DNA of 64,000 nucleotides, taken from NCBI GenBank assembly GCA_963663385.2, contig CAXXXD010000003.1:416001-480000 (forward strand), given 5' to 3'. Positions within the stretch are counted from its first letter, which is position 1. Each line of letters begins with the position of its first letter. This document shows, piece by piece, positions 60,172 to 64,000 of the stretch. The notes beneath the pieces were generated by a model, which made no database searches, had not been told where the DNA came from, and saw nothing but the letters and a program-made list of their open reading frames with translations. A program made the position numbers and the translations under genes. The DNA comes from Oceanispirochaeta sp. (GTDB lineage Bacteria; Spirochaetota; Spirochaetia; DSM-2461).

Positions 60172-60533
60172 AGGATTTTGAGTTCCTCCAGGGTTTGCTG
60201 CAATAGATCCCTTTTAACCGGTTTATTGAGAAAGCCGTTGGCTCCGGACTGGAGGCAGCGATTTTTCGTGGTCTCCTGAATATCCGCCGAAATCATTACA
60301 ACCGCCGTGTCATATCCATTTTTCCGGATTTCTTTCAGAAGGTCCATTCCGTTCTGTCCGGGCATCAGTATATCCATCAGAATAAGGGAATATTCCTTTT
60401 GCTCAAGCTGTTCAAGAACTCTGCTGCCATCTGCCAGTTCATCAATCTGTGTAATTCCCAAAGAGTAAAGGTTCTTCCTTACACTCAGACGTCCAAGCTT
60501 TGTATCGTCAATTATCAGGATTAGAGGGTCCAT
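60168..60533 (-). CDS. Single-domain CheY-like response regulator
   Basis: LIIDD, LMDILMPGQNG, ISAD, FLNKP. Confidence 0.9.
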   Translation of the reverse strand: MDPLILIIDDTKLGRLSVRKNLYSLGITQIDELADGSRVLEQLEQKEYSLILMDILMPGQNGMDLLKEIRKNGYDTAVVMISADIQETTKNRCLQSGANGFLNKPVKRDLLQQTLEELKIL

Positions 60534-60660
60534 TTGATTCCTCCGGAATACATTATTAAATTCTTCCCATAATAAAAAGGTTAGTTCAAATGCTTCTAAA
60601 AAGCAAAGCTGATGAGGAATTATAATTTGTTGAAACAGGCTGACCTGTGGTTCTGATCTT

Positions 60661-61761
60661 TTATTTTCGGGCCATAAAAATCCGGTAATGCTTGTTCTGA
60701 GCTATAATTATGACTCCCTCAAATACCTTCTCCAGTTCCTTCAGATAACCCAGGTGGCGGTTGGCTACCAGAAAAAGCTGTCCCCCATCCTTCAATACGC
60801 GGGCTGACTCCCTGATAAAACGGAGCCCAGTCTCAATGGATACTTTCTGCTGCTGATGAAAGGGCGGATTGCATATCACCAGGTCGGCGGAAGCCGAATC
60901 AATTCCAGTCAGTATATCTGTATGGATGACTTTGATCCTGTCACTGAATCCATTGGCTTTAGCCGATAACCTGGTGCTTTCCACAGCCAGAATCGAATCA
61001 TCCGTAGCCGTTATTTGTGCATCCGGCCATTTTCCGGCTGCAGCCAGAGAAAGGGTCCCGGCTCCGCAGCCGGGATCAATAATTGTACGGGGGGCCTCTA
61101 CCCGGGGAAAGTGATCCAGCAGAAACTGTGTGCCCGGATCAATCCGGCTGCCGGAAAAAACACCCGGGATGACCGTAATGTTCAAACCTTTCCATTTCTG
61201 GGGCTGGGCGGCTTTATCAATCTCCCCGGATGGGGGCAGGCTCTTTCCTGTATAAAATCTGGCTTTTTTCCAGATCCGGGAATAGGATGCATCTGAACAC
61301 CCGGATTTGAAGCATTCAAAAAAGGAGGGGGGCAGATTCCGGGAGTGGGAAGCTGCCAGAATAACTGTTCCCGGAGGAATCCTGGATTGAATACTCTTTA
61401 ACAGGTTCTCAAACTGTCCAAGGGATTTTGGTATTTTCATCAATACAAGATCTGTTTCCAGAGATGATGTTTCTATTGAATTGGTAAAGGACGAGAGGGG
61501 AAGATCATTTTCTTTCTGATTATCCTCAATACTGACTCTGCTGCAACAGGAGTCAACCCACAAAGCTGTGACTTTATCTTTCAGGGCACAGGCCAGAGCG
61601 CCGTAGCTGTCATTTATTATCAGAATTCTTGAGGCTTCCGGATAATCCGCTGATTGCTGCAGCAGGTATTCGTCTGCAGCATCCCAGGGCCGCAGGGAGT
61701 TGTCCCGGGTGTCTATGTTCAGTTTCCGTTCGCCGAAAGGGGATTGCCATATATATTTCAT
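60661..61761 (-). CDS. rlmG: 23S rRNA m2G1835 methyltransferase RlmG-like (RsmC/RlmG family)
   Basis: LRPWDAADEYLL, INDSYGAL, MKIPKS, WKKAR, DPGCGAG, CNPPFHQQ, VANRHL. Confidence 0.8.
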   Translation of the reverse strand: MKYIWQSPFGERKLNIDTRDNSLRPWDAADEYLLQQSADYPEASRILIINDSYGALACALKDKVTALWVDSCCSRVSIEDNQKENDLPLSSFTNSIETSSLETDLVLMKIPKSLGQFENLLKSIQSRIPPGTVILAASHSRNLPPSFFECFKSGCSDASYSRIWKKARFYTGKSLPPSGEIDKAAQPQKWKGLNITVIPGVFSGSRIDPGTQFLLDHFPRVEAPRTIIDPGCGAGTLSLAAAGKWPDAQITATDDSILAVESTRLSAKANGFSDRIKVIHTDILTGIDSASADLVICNPPFHQQQKVSIETGLRFIRESARVLKDGGQLFLVANRHLGYLKELEKVFEGVIIIAQNKHYRIFMARK

Positions 61762-61839
61762 AACTTATTATAGACGGTTATTCTTTCAGGTTCTATGGAA
61801 TTCCGCCGTCTTTGGTGTTATGATCCTGCATGAGGATTT

Positions 61840-63369
61840 ATGTATAAGCTGAAAATTCCAATCGACAACGTATCCCTCCGTGCCTTTCTCTATCTGTCTG
61901 ATCTGCGCAACCTGAAAAAGGAATTGAGTAATACGACCATATGCGATTACATCCTGGAAACTTTCAGGGACACATTTACACCCCGCTACAAGGATATGAA
62001 ATCTTTCCGTTCCGGTTATGCGGGGAACCTGGCTCTTATTTTTGATTCGGATGAAGCCCTTTCGGGTAATATGAATAAATTCTCAAAAGTGCTGGATCCT
62101 GTCCTGAAAAATACACTGCTGAATTTAAAAACAGTCCGGATCCGTTTTGATGCGGACTACTGCTATATCTCCCGCATCCCGTATGAAGAGGATTTTCAGC
62201 TGCTTTCTGTTTTTTTCAATCTTAAGCCTGTCAATGCCATGATAAACAGGAAGGTGAATCTTCAGGATGCCGAAAAGGGCTGGCTGGCAGAAATATGCCG
62301 GAAATTCAGCCTGGTGCTGGAAGAACTTCCCCCCCATCCGGCTCTGGAAACAGGCCGGGGACAAACTGGATCACAGGCTATACTCAACCGTTATACCATC
62401 TATAACCGGGGAAATATCTGGTTTGATGTGTTGAAACCCAACTATTATAACTTCAAGAATCTTCGTTATAAACTGTATCTCCGGAGTCTTCTGATTGAGC
62501 AGGATAACCTTTTTTACTGTATCCTGAGGAACAGGGCGTTTGATTTTGATTATAAGACCGTTTTCAACACGGGAATCCTTCTGGATGATGACAGACCTGT
62601 ATTAAAAAATGGCGCTATAAACAGCCTGCTGGAGATGGAGGATATTATTCTTATTAACAAGGATAAGCTTAAGCCTCTTATTCTGGATCATGTGGAAACA
62701 CCCCTGAACTATCAGTATATGTTTACCCTGCTGGATAATTTCCTAGTTTTTCAGGATGGCACAATGATTGATATTTCCGATATCGCCGTTAAGGAGGCTT
62801 CCGAATTTCTGGACCTGGCCAATTTCAATCCCAATCTGACCTTTCACACCCAAACGGAAGAAGCCGTGAAAAAGCAGCTTTCCAGCCGGGTAAAAAGGGA
62901 TGTTGACTTTAAACTGCGGCGTATAAGCCATGGCGGAGAAGAAAGCCATACGGTAATGAAATTCATAGAGAAGAGCAACAAGGGGACCCTTCAGGTGCGT
63001 GACTATAAAAGAACCTCCGAAGGGTTTATTGAGTATGGAGCAGAGAAAACCTGTCTGATTGTTTTTAACGGTACAAAATATCCGGATTTTCTCTGTATCT
63101 TCCTGGAGGATGCAGAGAAAGTTGAAAAGAGGGGGGGGCGGTCCTTTTTCGAGTACACCTCTTTTATCCTTTCAGAAAGTCCCCGGTTCAGGCACCTTTT
63201 CTTTGAGGTGGAGGCGGAGTATAATCAGTCCTCCTTCAAGTCCCATGATACTTCCGTTGAGAGTCTGATGAAGTGCAAGTATATATTCTGTGAAAATAAA
63301 ACATCCGATCTGTATCAGTCCCGGTTCAAGGTAGCCATTCCCGTAATCGGTATAAGGGAGATAGCATGA
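61840..63369 (+). CDS. Hypothetical protein (509 aa)
   Basis: Long ORF with GAGGA RBS; no recognised motif; ATGA-coupled to the next gene. Confidence 0.7.
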   Translation: MYKLKIPIDNVSLRAFLYLSDLRNLKKELSNTTICDYILETFRDTFTPRYKDMKSFRSGYAGNLALIFDSDEALSGNMNKFSKVLDPVLKNTLLNLKTVRIRFDADYCYISRIPYEEDFQLLSVFFNLKPVNAMINRKVNLQDAEKGWLAEICRKFSLVLEELPPHPALETGRGQTGSQAILNRYTIYNRGNIWFDVLKPNYYNFKNLRYKLYLRSLLIEQDNLFYCILRNRAFDFDYKTVFNTGILLDDDRPVLKNGAINSLLEMEDIILINKDKLKPLILDHVETPLNYQYMFTLLDNFLVFQDGTMIDISDIAVKEASEFLDLANFNPNLTFHTQTEEAVKKQLSSRVKRDVDFKLRRISHGGEESHTVMKFIEKSNKGTLQVRDYKRTSEGFIEYGAEKTCLIVFNGTKYPDFLCIFLEDAEKVEKRGGRSFFEYTSFILSESPRFRHLFFEVEAEYNQSSFKSHDTSVESLMKCKYIFCENKTSDLYQSRFKVAIPVIGIREIA

Positions 63370-64000
63370 GTCCTGATGATCCTTATCTTAGCCGTCAGAT
63401 TATCGCTTACATCGGGAATAAGAGAAAACTGCTGAACCTGATTGCCAGAGCCATAGACTCTCTCGGCCTGAAAAAAAAGGACGGTCTGGTATTTCTGGAT
63501 GTATTTGCCGGAAGCGGTGTAGTCTCCCGTCTGGCAAAATATCTGAATATGGAAGTCCACTCCAACGACTGGGAGTATTACTCCTATATTCTCAACAGGG
63601 GATTTATCCTGAATAACCGTTCCGACATTACCCGCCTTTTCGGCAGCGAAGAGGCCTTTGGTGCAGAGTTGGATAGACTGAATTCCCTGCCGGATCCGCG
63701 CGAAGCGGATACATATATTGCCCGATATTATTCTCCTGCTACTTTTGATCTGCAGGATGTGGATTATAAAACCCAGCGTCTGTTCTACACGCGTCACAAT
63801 GCCCTGGTTATTGATAAAATCCGGAATGAAATAGACAGACTCTACCCGGCAGGTTCCGGGATACCCGAACAGGAACAGAAGCGGGATCTCCTGATAAGTC
63901 TTCTTATATATGAAGCTGCTACCCATACCAATACATCCGGTGTTTTCAAAGCCTTCCATAAGGGGTTCGGCGGTCATAGCCGTGATGCCTTAACCCGTAT
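63366..64000 (+). CDS. N6-adenine DNA methyltransferase (D12 class), 5' part, runs off the window
   Basis: Manual translation MSPDDPYLSRQIIAYIGNKRKLL...FLDVFAGSGVVSRLAK...NDWEYYS; absent from the ORF track because no stop is in the window. Confidence 0.85.
   Translation, partial: MSPDDPYLSRQIIAYIGNKRKLLNLIARAIDSLGLKKKDGLVFLDVFAGSGVVSRLAKYLNMEVHSNDWEYYSYILNRGFILNNRSDITRLFGSEEAFGAELDRLNSLPDPREADTYIARYYSPATFDLQDVDYKTQRLFYTRHNALVIDKIRNEIDRLYPAGSGIPEQEQKRDLLISLLIYEAATHTNTSGVFKAFHKGFGGHSRDALTR

Noticed and set aside
63315..63977. 220-aa minus-strand ORF
   Set aside because: Antisense to the methyltransferase reading frame that starts at 63366

Overview
Bacterial chromosomal window, most likely from a free-living spirochaete (Spirochaeta/Oceanispirochaeta-like). 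This is inferred from the 'AVFANGQQE' N-terminus of a sugar-binding protein and the general gene content; it is not proven. No rRNA, tRNA, CRISPR array or intact transposase was seen. Contents in order: serA-like dehydrogenase, hemolysin-III protein, CMD protein, secreted protease, DUF559 nuclease with palindromic repeats, an Arn-like envelope-modification cluster (4.7-11.5 kb), rhodanese lipoprotein, lacZ/AraC, a ~16 kb myo-inositol locus (17.1-33.4 kb), LemA/TPM genes, chromate transporter pair, argO/argP, several diguanylate cyclases, creD with a ChvI/ChvG-like two-component system, a GGDEF-like/PTS enzyme I fusion, azlCD, a compact cheA facing a cheY-cheC-DGC operon, rlmG and a partial DNA adenine methyltransferase. 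Top candidate for a new system: the inositol locus has transport genes, iolG, iolE, iolD and iolB but no iolC, iolJ or iolA in the window. Instead it carries a transaldolase-family enzyme, a CoA-acylating aldehyde dehydrogenase, an acyl-CoA carboxyltransferase and an unannotated 52-aa ORF. A shared operator-like motif links that operon to iolB and the local GntR gene. This suggests a kinase-independent lower pathway: 5-dehydro-2-deoxygluconate -> malonate semialdehyde -> malonyl-CoA -> acetyl-CoA. Second candidate: a PTS enzyme I fused to a catalytically degenerate GGDEF domain that keeps the RxxD c-di-GMP I-site.
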